Part shown: positions 9,792-19,901 of the stretch, piece by piece
Position numbering within the stretch: the first letter of the stretch is position 1
Layout: the number at the start of each line of letters is the position of its first letter
Assembly: GCA_964641255.1 (NCBI GenBank)
Contig: CAZXMM010000001.1
Coordinates: forward strand, 409,984-473,983
Direction: 5' to 3'
DNA from: an uncultured Gammaproteobacteria bacterium
Lineage (GTDB): Bacteria > Patescibacteriota > Microgenomatia > JAMCZE01
DNA: 64,000 nucleotides
The notes under the pieces: model-generated
What the model saw: the letters and a program-made list of their open reading frames with translations, nothing else
What the model was told of the DNA's origin: nothing
Databases searched by the model: none
Made by a program: the position numbers and the translations under genes

Positions 9792-11354
9792 ATGATTGCG
9801 CTGCTGCGAAAAAATATTGTCTGGGGGATCTTAGTTTTGGCCCTGCTGCCATTTGTAACTCTAATTTTTACTCGCGGGTTTGGGTACACTGATGGTGGGT
9901 GGATGGTGGTACGGCAAATGTCCTTTCACGAGACCCTTCGCAGTGGTCAGTTTCCGGTTCGCTTTTTGGAAAACATCAACCATGGCTATGGTTACCCGGT
10001 GTTGAATTTTTTGTACCCCCTGCCTTTTTACTTGGGTGAGGCACTTCATCTGATGGGAGCGGACTTTGTTACGACTATAAAACTACTTTTTGCCTTGTCA
10101 TTCTTTGGGGGAGCGGTAGGGATGTTGCTGTTTGTCCGGCGGCACTTTGGCGACTGGGCAGGGGTTTTTGCCGCCATAATTTACTCACTCTTTCCCTACC
10201 ATCTGTTCGATATCTTTACTCGCGGGTCTTTAGGAGAGGTGGTAGCGTTTTTTTTCTTACCCCTGGTTTTCTTTTTTGCCGACGGCGTTTGTTATGGGGG
10301 TAAAAGGTCGCTACCAATTGTACTGCTTGGATTTGGTTTGGCTGGACTGATCACTAGCCACAACACCCTTACACTTCTATTTTTACCGGTAATACTCGGC
10401 TATTTTTTCATTCTTATTTACTTCACTCGAGCAGTTGCTGGTCTCATGCTAGCTGGGATTTTGGGATTACTTTTATCCGCTTTTTTTTGGCTCCCAGCTT
10501 TACTGGAACTTTCCCTGACTCGGGCTAGTAGTGTTCAGGTGGCGCAGTATTATAACTATTTTTTAACGGGTGTTAACTTTCCTGATTTATTAGGTGTGCC
10601 GTTTCTTTTCATCGTAATCGCTCTTACTGTTTTGGCAGTCAAAAGAGATTGGAAAATAACAATTACGACTAAGACTGTTGTTTTGACCCTCTTTCTTAGT
10701 GTTTCGCTCATAGCCGTTGCCCTGAGCACTCAATTTTTGGAATTTCTTTGGCAAGCAAAGTTTCTACCACAACTGGTGCAGTTTCCGTGGCGCTTCCTTG
10801 CTGTTCCTACCTTCACACTTAGTGTTATAGGCGGAGTGATTTTGGCACGGGACAAGAGGGTGGGTAGTGTTGCTATTATCCTGCTTGTTTTGGTCCAATT
10901 GGCTCGAATTAAAATAGAGTCAGCGCCAATGGAGGATACTTTTTACCAGTCAATTGACGAAACGACTACAGTAAAAAATGAATACATGCCACTGACAGTT
11001 AAAACTGATCCGCTTTTTCGACCCAACAAACAAATAGAAATTGTCGAGGGAAAAGGCGAAATTAATGACCTAGGAGAAGTTACCGCTAGTACTCCTAGCG
11101 TAGTGCAAATTAATAAAGTCTATTTTCCTGGAACTAAAGTTTTCGTGAATGGACAAGAGACTACTTTTGACTATGAGACCACTGGGTATATTCGTCTGGT
11201 CGTTCCCGCCGGGCGTCATCAAATAGTCAGGAAGTTTTCTGAGACCCCCCTTCGGTTGGCAGCTGATTTGCTTACAGCGCTCGGATTCTTGGTGTCCGGG
11301 GTGATACTAGTTTTGACCTATCGAAAAAACGGTGTCGTTGCCCGCCTGAAATAA
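9792..11354 (+). CDS. PTPS-related (YfhO-like) GT-C membrane protein
   Basis: GQFPVRF..N.GYGYP..NFLYP, RGSLGE, SHN, FFWLPA, QFPWRF, EYMP, C-terminal YFPG..V.VNG. Start moved to ATG 9792. Confidence 0.82.
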   Translation: MIALLRKNIVWGILVLALLPFVTLIFTRGFGYTDGGWMVVRQMSFHETLRSGQFPVRFLENINHGYGYPVLNFLYPLPFYLGEALHLMGADFVTTIKLLFALSFFGGAVGMLLFVRRHFGDWAGVFAAIIYSLFPYHLFDIFTRGSLGEVVAFFFLPLVFFFADGVCYGGKRSLPIVLLGFGLAGLITSHNTLTLLFLPVILGYFFILIYFTRAVAGLMLAGILGLLLSAFFWLPALLELSLTRASSVQVAQYYNYFLTGVNFPDLLGVPFLFIVIALTVLAVKRDWKITITTKTVVLTLFLSVSLIAVALSTQFLEFLWQAKFLPQLVQFPWRFLAVPTFTLSVIGGVILARDKRVGSVAIILLVLVQLARIKIESAPMEDTFYQSIDETTTVKNEYMPLTVKTDPLFRPNKQIEIVEGKGEINDLGEVTASTPSVVQINKVYFPGTKVFVNGQETTFDYETTGYIRLVVPAGRHQIVRKFSETPLRLAADLLTALGFLVSGVILVLTYRKNGVVARLK

Positions 11355-13247
11355 GGGGTCAAGCTGTAAATTGTCTTCACAAGGTAGTGATTTACTTGTC
11401 GGGCGAATAAGGATGGTTGCTTGACTAACTTTAATAAGCTTGGCAACCTCAGCACAGTTGGTAGACTCGATGATTGTCTGATTTGCTTTAATCCTTGCCT
11501 CCAGCCCGACTACTCCGTGGTCACTGGTGCCAGCCAAGTAGACCGAGCGTTTAGAAAAGAGTGGTAGGCTCATTGCGGTGGCACTAAATGCTTCATTACT
11601 ACCAATAAGGAGAATGGAGTTCTTTTGGGTGCCATCTGCTAAGAAGGCGGCAATTTTCAGTCGGTCGGAAGAAAACAGGAACTTCTCACGCGTAGAGTAA
11701 CTGATGATATTACCCAGTCCTTCATGGAGAGTGCGGGTGGCGGCCAAAATAATAATTAATCCCAGTAACAATCTAAAAACCAGCTTGGGTAAACGTTTAA
11801 AATGACTGTCTATACTTAGCGCTAGAGGTAGTGCCGCCAAAGTAAGATATTGAATAATGAACTGAATCGTATTGGCGCCGCCAGTTGCTTGTACAAAAAA
11901 CAGACCCAAGAGCAAGCTACTAGTAAGGACTGCCAAATAAAATCCGACTAGCTCCAGGGGAATCCTTTTAAGGGTATGTTTGGTTTGCCAAAAGGCTAAA
12001 AGAGCTACCCCCAGCATGGATATGAGATAGGTTGCCGCATAAAAGAGTTCAATGCCAAGTACTTTTAAGTGCTGGCCTTGACCAATGAGGCTCAGTCGGG
12101 TTAGTTCCAAAGTTTGGAAGTGGAAAATTGATTGAGCCATGAAATTGTCAAATCTCCAGGTGCCAGAAAAAATTAACCCGCCCGCCCTATCGTTTATTGG
12201 TAAAAAGGTAAGCAGGCTAGTCGCCAGTGCTAAGAAAGCTATTCCCAGGGAATACCAGTCTTTTTTGTACAGACGAACTAGTACTAGTGTGCCAAGGCCG
12301 GCAAAGGCCACAATTCCGGTATAGACTTTAAATTCCAGTAAGATTCCGGTAACAATGCCAACTAGCAGGCCCAAAATCAGCTTTTTATCTCTTAACCACA
12401 CAAGAATAAGGGCAACTAATCCCAAAAAAAGCGCCAAGGAAAACGACCTAGGCGGACCCGTTAGTAGCTTACTGGCATCATCAATAATCGTGTAGTCTAA
12501 ATTGATTGTTTTAGTGCGGAGAAAAACAAGGATGTAGAGAAGATCACCGGCAAAAAATGTAAAGAAAAGAAACAGCCGCTGAAAGTTTTTACCTAAAGCT
12601 AGCAGTTGACTGATAGCAATAACAGCGGCTGCCATAAACCCAATTAAAAACACCGATGAGTATTGGTAAACAGTGGGAATGAGGGGGGGTCTGAAAATTC
12701 TCGCCAAATCAGCAAGAGCCAGATTAGATAGATAATGGTAGTTTTTTACTACAATCCCGGCTGACCCTGGCTCCATGGGGGGGAAATGATTGACCAGTTC
12801 GCTGGTGAGTGCTAAATGATAAATACCATCGGGGACACTACGGCAGCAAAAAAGAATATCGCCACTGCTGGTTTGAAATCCCATCAACCACACAGCAGCA
12901 AGCTGTAAGAAGCCACCACTTAAGATAATGACTAGTGAAAGAATATCCAACGTTCCGGGCGCTTTGGGAAAAGTTAGTTTAAATTTTACCCCTCGTTTTA
13001 GTAGCCACAGGCCACTCACAACCAAAAGATAGAGATAAGTTAAATCTCGTAGTCCCAACTGACCAAAGATGAAGCCCTGCAGAGCCCACAAAGCTATTCC
13101 AATTGTGAATGAAAGGGTCACACGCTGTGCAGTGGTCAACGGGACCGTTCTTAGTAGTAAGTCCCCTGGTAAGAAAAATGCTACCACCAGAGCCAAGACA
13201 TAAACGGGAATAAAAAGGAAGAAAGCAGAATCAGGGAAAAGGATCAT
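11307..13247 (-). CDS. Multi-pass membrane protein, probable GT-C fold
   Basis: N-terminal FFLPG TM bundle, DGIYHLAL, FPP..P, NYHYLS, FK motif, more than 12 TMs, soluble C-terminus. ATGA-coupled to the upstream gene. Confidence 0.65.
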   Translation of the reverse strand: MILFPDSAFFLFIPVYVLALVVAFFLPGDLLLRTVPLTTAQRVTLSFTIGIALWALQGFIFGQLGLRDLTYLYLLVVSGLWLLKRGVKFKLTFPKAPGTLDILSLVIILSGGFLQLAAVWLMGFQTSSGDILFCCRSVPDGIYHLALTSELVNHFPPMEPGSAGIVVKNYHYLSNLALADLARIFRPPLIPTVYQYSSVFLIGFMAAAVIAISQLLALGKNFQRLFLFFTFFAGDLLYILVFLRTKTINLDYTIIDDASKLLTGPPRSFSLALFLGLVALILVWLRDKKLILGLLVGIVTGILLEFKVYTGIVAFAGLGTLVLVRLYKKDWYSLGIAFLALATSLLTFLPINDRAGGLIFSGTWRFDNFMAQSIFHFQTLELTRLSLIGQGQHLKVLGIELFYAATYLISMLGVALLAFWQTKHTLKRIPLELVGFYLAVLTSSLLLGLFFVQATGGANTIQFIIQYLTLAALPLALSIDSHFKRLPKLVFRLLLGLIIILAATRTLHEGLGNIISYSTREKFLFSSDRLKIAAFLADGTQKNSILLIGSNEAFSATAMSLPLFSKRSVYLAGTSDHGVVGLEARIKANQTIIESTNCAEVAKLIKVSQATILIRPTSKSLPCEDNLQLDPLFQAGNDTVFSIGQN

Positions 13248-14794
13248 CTGGCTTTAAGGTGTAACCGCTCAAGAATATAGCTATCAAGCGAGAAGGGTGA
13301 CGGCAGTTTGTTTCGTTCCGACCAGGTAATGAGATCATCGAACAGATCTTCTGCATTGGCTTTATGCCAGTGATCTTGGGTCATTTGACTCGGAGTGGCG
13401 TTTGCAATGTCAACAATTTTATAGTCCTCGAAAGAGACAAGAATAGGGTAGCTCTGACAATTCTCACAGATTCCAATTGGATAGCCACCTGGGGCCGTTA
13501 GCCCGCGATTGTGGGCTAGAAAACTCATAGCTTGGCTAATATGACCGGGTCTGGTGTCCTGGTCATGAATCAAAAACTTTTTATCTGGATAGGTCTTTTG
13601 AAGGATATCAATATTTCGTTCAAATTCAGCGACTCGATTATTTGATAGTTTGGCTTGAGAAACGCTAACCATAAGACTGCCGATGAGAGCTACCATGCAA
13701 ACTAAAAAGCCCAAAGCCCGGTTCAGGCGAATTAAAGAAATGAGTAGGATGGTCGTAAAAATGAGAATAAAAGGAGCAAAATAGATTAAATAGCCCTCGA
13801 ATCGCTCTCCTTTGTAAAAACGGTTGAGAATCAGAAGGAGACCAAAAATTGCTCCAAGAATGTTGAGTGGTGTTCGAGCCAGTTTGGTTGTTATGACTCT
13901 TCCAAGAATGAGTGCTGCTACTCCGCTTAAAAGAGCCATACCTATTAACCAGACTCCTCCTACCACTAAGGCCCAATAGTTGGGGACTGCGGAAAAAATG
14001 AAAAGCTTCCAACTACTGGCGACATAAAACCGATGTTGACCAATTAAAAAGAAGTCCATGATGTTTCTAGTGTTGGCAAAGCTTTGGTTGCTGTCCCAAA
14101 GAAGCAGGGGTAGGGCTGGCACAAGAGATCCCAGCCCCGCCGCAACCATTAAGAATAACCGCGTTTTAAGGGTAGTCTTGGGAATAATTAGGAGGGGTAA
14201 CACTAGCACCATGAGATTGATGGCTTGATAATGAAGACTAATTCCAATCCCCAGAGAGATACCCATGGCAAAGGCAAAAAAAGCGCGTTTCTTTTGCCAG
14301 GCTAAAATTAAAAAGAAAAGTGTAGCGGCTGTCGCAATGCCAACAAACGTATGCTGCGTTAACACCAGTGAGCGATGGACTAGTTGTGGTGACACGGCCG
14401 CGACTAGTCCCATGAGAAGAGCTGTTCGTCTTCCGCCTAACAGCCTCCCAATAGCCACCATTAAAAAAACCAGGGCGAGGCCAAAGCCTAGGGTCACAAT
14501 CCAGGGAGCTGTAGGCACGCTTGGCAGAAGAAGATAAGTTCCCGCTATATACCAATAAAATAACGGACCGAATACAAACGGGCCGGCCGAGCTAAATGAG
14601 CCAATCAGGGGTAAATGCCCCCTCCTTAGAGTTTCTAGACCGATCATTGCATCCCGGGAGTCGTCAGATCCGAGCCCCCAGCGGGTAGGAAACTGGTAGA
14701 CCCGAAGAGCTAGAGATAAAAAAAACAAACAAATTAATGCTACTGGATAGGCATAAAGGGTAATAAAACCCCGAAATCGTACAAGCAGACTCAT
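13244..14794 (-). CDS. GT-C membrane glycosyltransferase (PMT_2/ArnT-like, D-x-x-R-D subgroup)
   Basis: SDDSRD, LIGSFSSAGPFVFGPLFYW, SP, LHYQ. Start moved to ATG 14794, which lies 8 nt after an extended -10. Confidence 0.83.
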   Translation of the reverse strand: MSLLVRFRGFITLYAYPVALICLFFLSLALRVYQFPTRWGLGSDDSRDAMIGLETLRRGHLPLIGSFSSAGPFVFGPLFYWYIAGTYLLLPSVPTAPWIVTLGFGLALVFLMVAIGRLLGGRRTALLMGLVAAVSPQLVHRSLVLTQHTFVGIATAATLFFLILAWQKKRAFFAFAMGISLGIGISLHYQAINLMVLVLPLLIIPKTTLKTRLFLMVAAGLGSLVPALPLLLWDSNQSFANTRNIMDFFLIGQHRFYVASSWKLFIFSAVPNYWALVVGGVWLIGMALLSGVAALILGRVITTKLARTPLNILGAIFGLLLILNRFYKGERFEGYLIYFAPFILIFTTILLISLIRLNRALGFLVCMVALIGSLMVSVSQAKLSNNRVAEFERNIDILQKTYPDKKFLIHDQDTRPGHISQAMSFLAHNRGLTAPGGYPIGICENCQSYPILVSFEDYKIVDIANATPSQMTQDHWHKANAEDLFDDLITWSERNKLPSPFSLDSYILERLHLKAR

Positions 14795-14802
14795 CACATT
14801 AA

Positions 14803-14811
14803 ATTCTAACA
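14803..14811 (-). promoter_or_regulatory. Extended -10 (TGtTAGAAT), leaderless type
   Basis: On the - strand, TGTTAGAAT is followed by 8 nt and then ATG 14794. Confidence 0.6.
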
Positions 14812-14842
14812 CATGTACCGAGCAGGGCTCCTCACAGTAGGA

Positions 14843-14848
14843 TATAAT
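14843..14848 (+). promoter_or_regulatory. -10 box TATAAT, leaderless type
   Basis: Perfect TATAAT 6 nt before the in-frame ATG at 14855. Confidence 0.65.
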
Positions 14849-14854
14849 TGCTCA

Positions 14855-16585
14855 ATGTCCATGACCATCCGGTTTCTTAAGCAGTACGGAGTTTATCTGA
14901 TTCTTTTTGTTGTCAGTTTCTTTACTTGGGCGCCCCTGCTGCAACCAGGTTTTTTCTCTTTCCACGACTTTCAGCACGTAGCTCGGTTGTTTGCAATGGA
15001 TAAGGCACTTTGGGCCGGCCAATTTCCCGTTCGTTTTGTCAGCGGTTTGGGTTTTGGATACGGTTATGCCCTGTATAATTTTTACCCTCCTTTTGTCTAC
15101 TACTTAGGCGAGCTTTTCCACCTTTTTGGAGCCTCCTTTGTCGATTCAATTAAACTTGTCTGGGCCACCGCCCTAATTGGATCGGGACTTACAATGTATT
15201 TTTTAGGGAAAGAGTTCTGGGGAAAATCTGGTGGATTTCTTAGCGCTGTCCTTTATCTTTATATTCCCTACCACGCGGTTGATGCCTATGTCCGTGGCGC
15301 CCTAGCTGAACTGTTTACCTTCGTTTGGCTACCGCTGATTTTGCTCTTTTCTTACAAATTAATTCACACCAGCGAGCGTAAATATCTCTTATGGACCGGT
15401 GTTATCCTAGCCCTGTTAATGATTACCCATAACTTAATTTTTTTACCCTTTTTTGGCTTGTTTACCCTGTGGTTCTTTGCTTTATGTATTTTACATAAGC
15501 GACCCATTGCTCTCTTAGCTGTCCACTTTACGCTATCTGTTTTGGTATGTTTTGGCTTGTCTGCCTTTTTTTGGCTTCCAGCCCTAGCGGAAAAACAATT
15601 CACTCTGGTTGACCAAATTCTGCTTAAGAATCTGGCGTCTTACCAAATTCATTTTGTTTGCCCGGAGCAACTCTGGAACAGCTTATGGGGCTATGGGGGC
15701 TCAACGGCAACTTGTCTTGACGGGTTGTCGTTCAAAATTGGAAAAATTCATCTCCTGCTTGGGGTCGGTACCATTCTAGCCGTCTTAATTGTTACCATCA
15801 AACAAAAAAGTCTGGGGAAAAAGAGTCGGGTGGTTATTCTCTCTCTCGCCCTAGGGCTGTTTTCTGCTTTTATGACTACTGGCCTGTCGGCACCGCTTTG
15901 GACAGTGTTGTCGCCTTTGTGGTATCTACAATTTCCCTGGCGGTTTCTAGTTTTTGTGGCACTTTTTTTGTGTCTAGCAATTGGCATATTGCCTTCGCTT
16001 TTTAAGTGGCAAGCCCACCGTTACATGGCTTTAGTGTTGCTGGTTGGTTTGGTCGTCTGGCACAGTGCTAAAACTTTTCAACCGCAAACTTATTTTCCTG
16101 ACTGGAATGATGACCGAGCGACGAATAATCGAGAAATAATGGAGCGTGTTAGTAGTTCCTCTTTTGAATATTTACCCAAGGGGGTAGCTACCCATTTTGA
16201 TGACAAAGGTGATCTTAAGGTCAATGTCTCTTTCGATTTACGAGACAGGTACGAACTTTATATTGCCAATGATCAGGCAAAAACAGAAGCGAAGATTATT
16301 TTTCCTAATTCTTGGCGAGTTAGGGTAGTCAGTCCTGAGCCAACTACTGTACGATTTCCCATTGCAGTTTTTCCGGGTTGGCGAGCTTATGTTGATGGGG
16401 TGAGCACCCCCATCGAAACTAATAATGATCTAAAATTACTGACCGTACCAGTTGCTAAAGGTACCCACGATATTATTGTCAATTTTCAAGATACCCCAGT
16501 GCGGACAGTTGCCAATTTACTTACACTTAGCACCACCCTAGCGGTGGTAGCGGCTCTTTATGGATCCAGAAGAAGTCAAACATAA
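14855..16585 (+). CDS. PTPS-related (YfhO-like) GT-C membrane protein
   Basis: FHDFQHVAR, GQFPVR, GYGY.LYNFYPP, YVRGALAE, THN, FFWLPA, QFPWRF, EYLP, FPGW.AYVDG. Start moved from 14813 to 14855. Confidence 0.86.
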   Translation: MSMTIRFLKQYGVYLILFVVSFFTWAPLLQPGFFSFHDFQHVARLFAMDKALWAGQFPVRFVSGLGFGYGYALYNFYPPFVYYLGELFHLFGASFVDSIKLVWATALIGSGLTMYFLGKEFWGKSGGFLSAVLYLYIPYHAVDAYVRGALAELFTFVWLPLILLFSYKLIHTSERKYLLWTGVILALLMITHNLIFLPFFGLFTLWFFALCILHKRPIALLAVHFTLSVLVCFGLSAFFWLPALAEKQFTLVDQILLKNLASYQIHFVCPEQLWNSLWGYGGSTATCLDGLSFKIGKIHLLLGVGTILAVLIVTIKQKSLGKKSRVVILSLALGLFSAFMTTGLSAPLWTVLSPLWYLQFPWRFLVFVALFLCLAIGILPSLFKWQAHRYMALVLLVGLVVWHSAKTFQPQTYFPDWNDDRATNNREIMERVSSSSFEYLPKGVATHFDDKGDLKVNVSFDLRDRYELYIANDQAKTEAKIIFPNSWRVRVVSPEPTTVRFPIAVFPGWRAYVDGVSTPIETNNDLKLLTVPVAKGTHDIIVNFQDTPVRTVANLLTLSTTLAVVAALYGSRRSQT

Positions 16586-18008
16586 ACTTGTTCGCAGTGT
16601 AGTAGCTCTTACGGGAAGAAGTCTGTTCCTGCAGCTTATTAATGGAGCGGCCCTTTTTTTGTTGGGTGCTTTTCTATCGCCCTCGGCTGTAGGAGTCTAT
16701 CTGGTGGTTTCCGCAGTGATTAGAATTTTTAACCTTTTTACTGATGTGGGTTTAGGAGCCGCTCTAATTCAGAAGAAACAAGATCTCGATGAAAACGATA
16801 TTAAAGTAGCCTTCACTATTCAAGAGATACTAGTCATAGGAACCGTCACTGTGGGTTTTTTGTTAACCCCGGTAGTAAAGTCGCAGGCAAATCTTTCCCC
16901 AGATGGGGTAGTTCTTTACTACGTTTTACTACTGACGCTATTTATTTCTTCCCTCAAAGTGATTCCGTCAATTCTACTAGAGCGGAAAATCGCTTTTGAA
17001 AAACAAATCTTCCCCCAAATCGTTGAAGCGATAGTCTTTGATATTGTGGTAGTGTTTCTCGCAATGCGGGGACTCGAGGTTCAAGCCTACAGCTGGGCCA
17101 TTATTCTATCGGCTCTGGCCGGACTTCCCATCTACTATTTGATCTCACCCTGGCGAATTGGTTTTGCGTTCTCGTGGGCTAAAGCTAAGCATTTGTTTTC
17201 TTATGGCCTTGCCTTTCAAGGTAAAAGTGTCCTGGCGGTCATCAAAGACGATCTGCTCACTTTCTTTCTTTCTGGTCTGGTCGGGACCAGTGGGGTGGGC
17301 TATTGGGGTACGGCTCAGCGCTGGGCTTATTTTCCCTACCGATTTCTTGTCGATTCAATAACCAAAGTCACTTTTCCGGCTTACTCTCGGGTACAGGATA
17401 ACACCGCAGCTTTGCGCTCAGGAATTGAAAAGTCATTGTTTCTTGTGAGCCTAATACTCTTTCCAGTCTTAACTGCCATGATCATGCTCGTTCGTGAATT
17501 GATTTTTCTGATTCCTCGGTACGGCAAGTGGGAGCCAGCACTATTATCATTCTATTTTTTGTGCGCCCAGGCCGGACTGGCAGCTCTCACCAATATCCTG
17601 GTTAACGTGCTTGATGCTACCGGTCGAGTTCGAACCACCCTATACTTAATGGTCTTGTGGATTATTACTACCTGGATTCTTACCATTGTGCTTGTGGGTC
17701 GCCTGGGCTTTACTGGTATTGCCTTGGCCCAATTCTTAGTAGCCTTTTCCCTCATTTTGGTGGTCTATCTTACCAAGCGGGTGGTGGCTTTTTCATTCTG
17801 GGCTCAAGTTTACAAACCATTTATAGCGAGCGTGGTTATGGCTCTAGGTATAGGAATTTTGCAAGGGATCTTACCTAATAGCTCATCTCTTAGTGTTGTC
17901 GCCGAAGCGGTGAGTGGCGCTATAATATATGGGATGGTTATCCTACTGTTAGCCCGGAGACAAATTAAAGAGAATATGCACACCATACTTTCAGCCTACA
18001 AGCACTAG
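16560..18008 (+). CDS. Wzx/MOP-family oligosaccharide flippase
   Basis: LSP..VG, DVGLGAALIQK, VGYW, FPAYSR; about 12-14 TMs. Confidence 0.88.
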   Translation: MDPEEVKHKLVRSVVALTGRSLFLQLINGAALFLLGAFLSPSAVGVYLVVSAVIRIFNLFTDVGLGAALIQKKQDLDENDIKVAFTIQEILVIGTVTVGFLLTPVVKSQANLSPDGVVLYYVLLLTLFISSLKVIPSILLERKIAFEKQIFPQIVEAIVFDIVVVFLAMRGLEVQAYSWAIILSALAGLPIYYLISPWRIGFAFSWAKAKHLFSYGLAFQGKSVLAVIKDDLLTFFLSGLVGTSGVGYWGTAQRWAYFPYRFLVDSITKVTFPAYSRVQDNTAALRSGIEKSLFLVSLILFPVLTAMIMLVRELIFLIPRYGKWEPALLSFYFLCAQAGLAALTNILVNVLDATGRVRTTLYLMVLWIITTWILTIVLVGRLGFTGIALAQFLVAFSLILVVYLTKRVVAFSFWAQVYKPFIASVVMALGIGILQGILPNSSSLSVVAEAVSGAIIYGMVILLLARRQIKENMHTILSAYKH

Positions 18009-18011
18009 ACT

Positions 18012-18824
18012 ATGGCAACGATTTCGGCGATTGTTTTTATCTTTTGGCCAGACGAAAGGGACTACCTAACGGCTTGCTTAGAAAGTGTAAAGTGGACCGA
18101 TGAAATTATTGTTATTGACAACGGCGCCAATGAAGAAACCGTAGCCGTTGCCAAAAAATATTCCAAGAAAATATATAAAACCGAAGATAAAAGCTTTGCT
18201 GGGCGGCATAATTTAGCGAGTCAAAAAGCTACGGGAGACTGGCTTCTTTTTATTGACGCCGATGAACGCATTTCCATGTCCCTTCGGGAAGAGATAAAAA
18301 AGACCATCAGTGAAGAAACGCCTTTAGCCGCTTTTGAGCTTAGACGCGTTAACTATTATTTGGCTAAGCCCTTTCGTTATGGGGATAGATACCCAGATTT
18401 TGTAACCAGATTATTTAAAAAAGATCGGTTACAGAATTGGACAGGAACAATTCATGAGTCTTCACAGGTAGCTGGTAATATAGCCCGACTAAATAGTCCC
18501 TTTTATCATTTCACTCACCGAAACATTGAGACAATGGTACAAAAAACCTTGGTTTTTTCTGATGCCGAAGCTCATCTTCGGCTGGCAGTTAATCATCCGC
18601 CGGTTGTTTGGTGGAGACTAATTCGAGTATTCCTTACCGAGTTTGTAAGGAGACTTTTTAGACTTCAGGGCTACCGAGAGGGCACGGAGGGCTGGATTGA
18701 CGGTATCTTACAGGCCTTTTCATTATTTATTATTTACGCTAGGTTATGGGAATTGCAGCGTAAAGTAAGCCTGGAAGCAAGCTACAAAAAACTTGATAAC
18801 CAGGTGCTTGCTGGAGAGATTTAA
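18012..18824 (+). CDS. GT2 glycosyltransferase (WaaE/KdtX-like beta-glycosyltransferase group)
   Basis: CLESV..DEIIVID, F...N, WLLFIDADE, RLF, IHE, GY.EG.EG. Confidence 0.86.
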   Translation: MATISAIVFIFWPDERDYLTACLESVKWTDEIIVIDNGANEETVAVAKKYSKKIYKTEDKSFAGRHNLASQKATGDWLLFIDADERISMSLREEIKKTISEETPLAAFELRRVNYYLAKPFRYGDRYPDFVTRLFKKDRLQNWTGTIHESSQVAGNIARLNSPFYHFTHRNIETMVQKTLVFSDAEAHLRLAVNHPPVVWWRLIRVFLTEFVRRLFRLQGYREGTEGWIDGILQAFSLFIIYARLWELQRKVSLEASYKKLDNQVLAGEI

Positions 18825-18827
18825 ACT

Positions 18828-19901
18828 ATGACAGTTGGTATCCAAAGTCCTTATTTAGATACTTTGGGCGGTGGGGAGCGTTATATTCTGACCATTGCTG
18901 AGTTTTTTTTGAAGCGTGGTGATAGTGTTGAAATTCTCTGGGATAAGGGCGGGGACCTAGCGAAAATGGGTGAGAGATTTGGATTAGATCTTCGTCGGGC
19001 GCGCTTTGTCCCCAATATTCTTGCAGCGAGTGGAACGCTACTAACGAGGCTGCTCGGCTCGCGCCACTATGATCTAATGGTGATACTATCGGACGGTAGT
19101 GTTCCCCTATGCGCAGCCAAACGCAATTGGATTCATTTGCAGGTTCCGTTTCAAATCTCCAATCGTCCAAAAATTATTAACAAACTCAAGCTTCTGGCTT
19201 ACGAGAGGGTTCTTTGTAACTCACAATTTACTAAAAAAATTATTGATACCACTTTTGGCATAAAAAGCACTACTCTCTATCCACCTGTCGATGTAACTAG
19301 TTTCACCCCGAGCAAGAAAGAGAATATCATTTTATCTGTGGGTCGTTTCTTTTCTCCAGCTCACGTACGAAATTTTGCTCCGAAAAAGCAGAAAGAAATG
19401 ATAGCGATTTTCAAAAAAATGGTAGACACCGGACTGACAGGTTGGGAGCTGGTCCTTATGGGGGCGGCGGCCGCAGGCCACGAGAATGAATTAAAGCAAC
19501 TTCGTCAGCAGGCTAGAGGCTACCCTGTTTCTTTTCTTACGGATGTTACCTACCAAATACTTAGAGAACAATTCGGCAAGGCGAGTATTTATTGGCATGC
19601 AGCCGGCTTTGGTGAGAATCTGGCTAAACATCCAGAAAGAGCTGAGCATTTTGGAATCACAACCGTTGAGGCAATGGCCTCGGGCTGCGTTCCTATTGTC
19701 TTTGCTGGGGGCGGACAAAAAGAAATCATTGTGGACGGGGAGACTGGGTTTTTCTGGACCACCGCCAATCAGTTAATAGTTAAGACTAATGAAGTAATTG
19801 CTGATAAGAAATTGCAAAGTTACATAAGTCAGAGGGCGAAGAACCGCTCACTAGATTTTGGCAAGGAAAAGTTTTATGAGGCACTTTATAAGCTGGCTTA
19901 A
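18828..19901 (+). CDS. GT4 (GT-B) glycosyltransferase
   Basis: GGGERY, NSQFT, YPPVD, SVGRF, EHFGITTVEAMASG. Confidence 0.92.
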   Translation: MTVGIQSPYLDTLGGGERYILTIAEFFLKRGDSVEILWDKGGDLAKMGERFGLDLRRARFVPNILAASGTLLTRLLGSRHYDLMVILSDGSVPLCAAKRNWIHLQVPFQISNRPKIINKLKLLAYERVLCNSQFTKKIIDTTFGIKSTTLYPPVDVTSFTPSKKENIILSVGRFFSPAHVRNFAPKKQKEMIAIFKKMVDTGLTGWELVLMGAAAAGHENELKQLRQQARGYPVSFLTDVTYQILREQFGKASIYWHAAGFGENLAKHPERAEHFGITTVEAMASGCVPIVFAGGGQKEIIVDGETGFFWTTANQLIVKTNEVIADKKLQSYISQRAKNRSLDFGKEKFYEALYKLA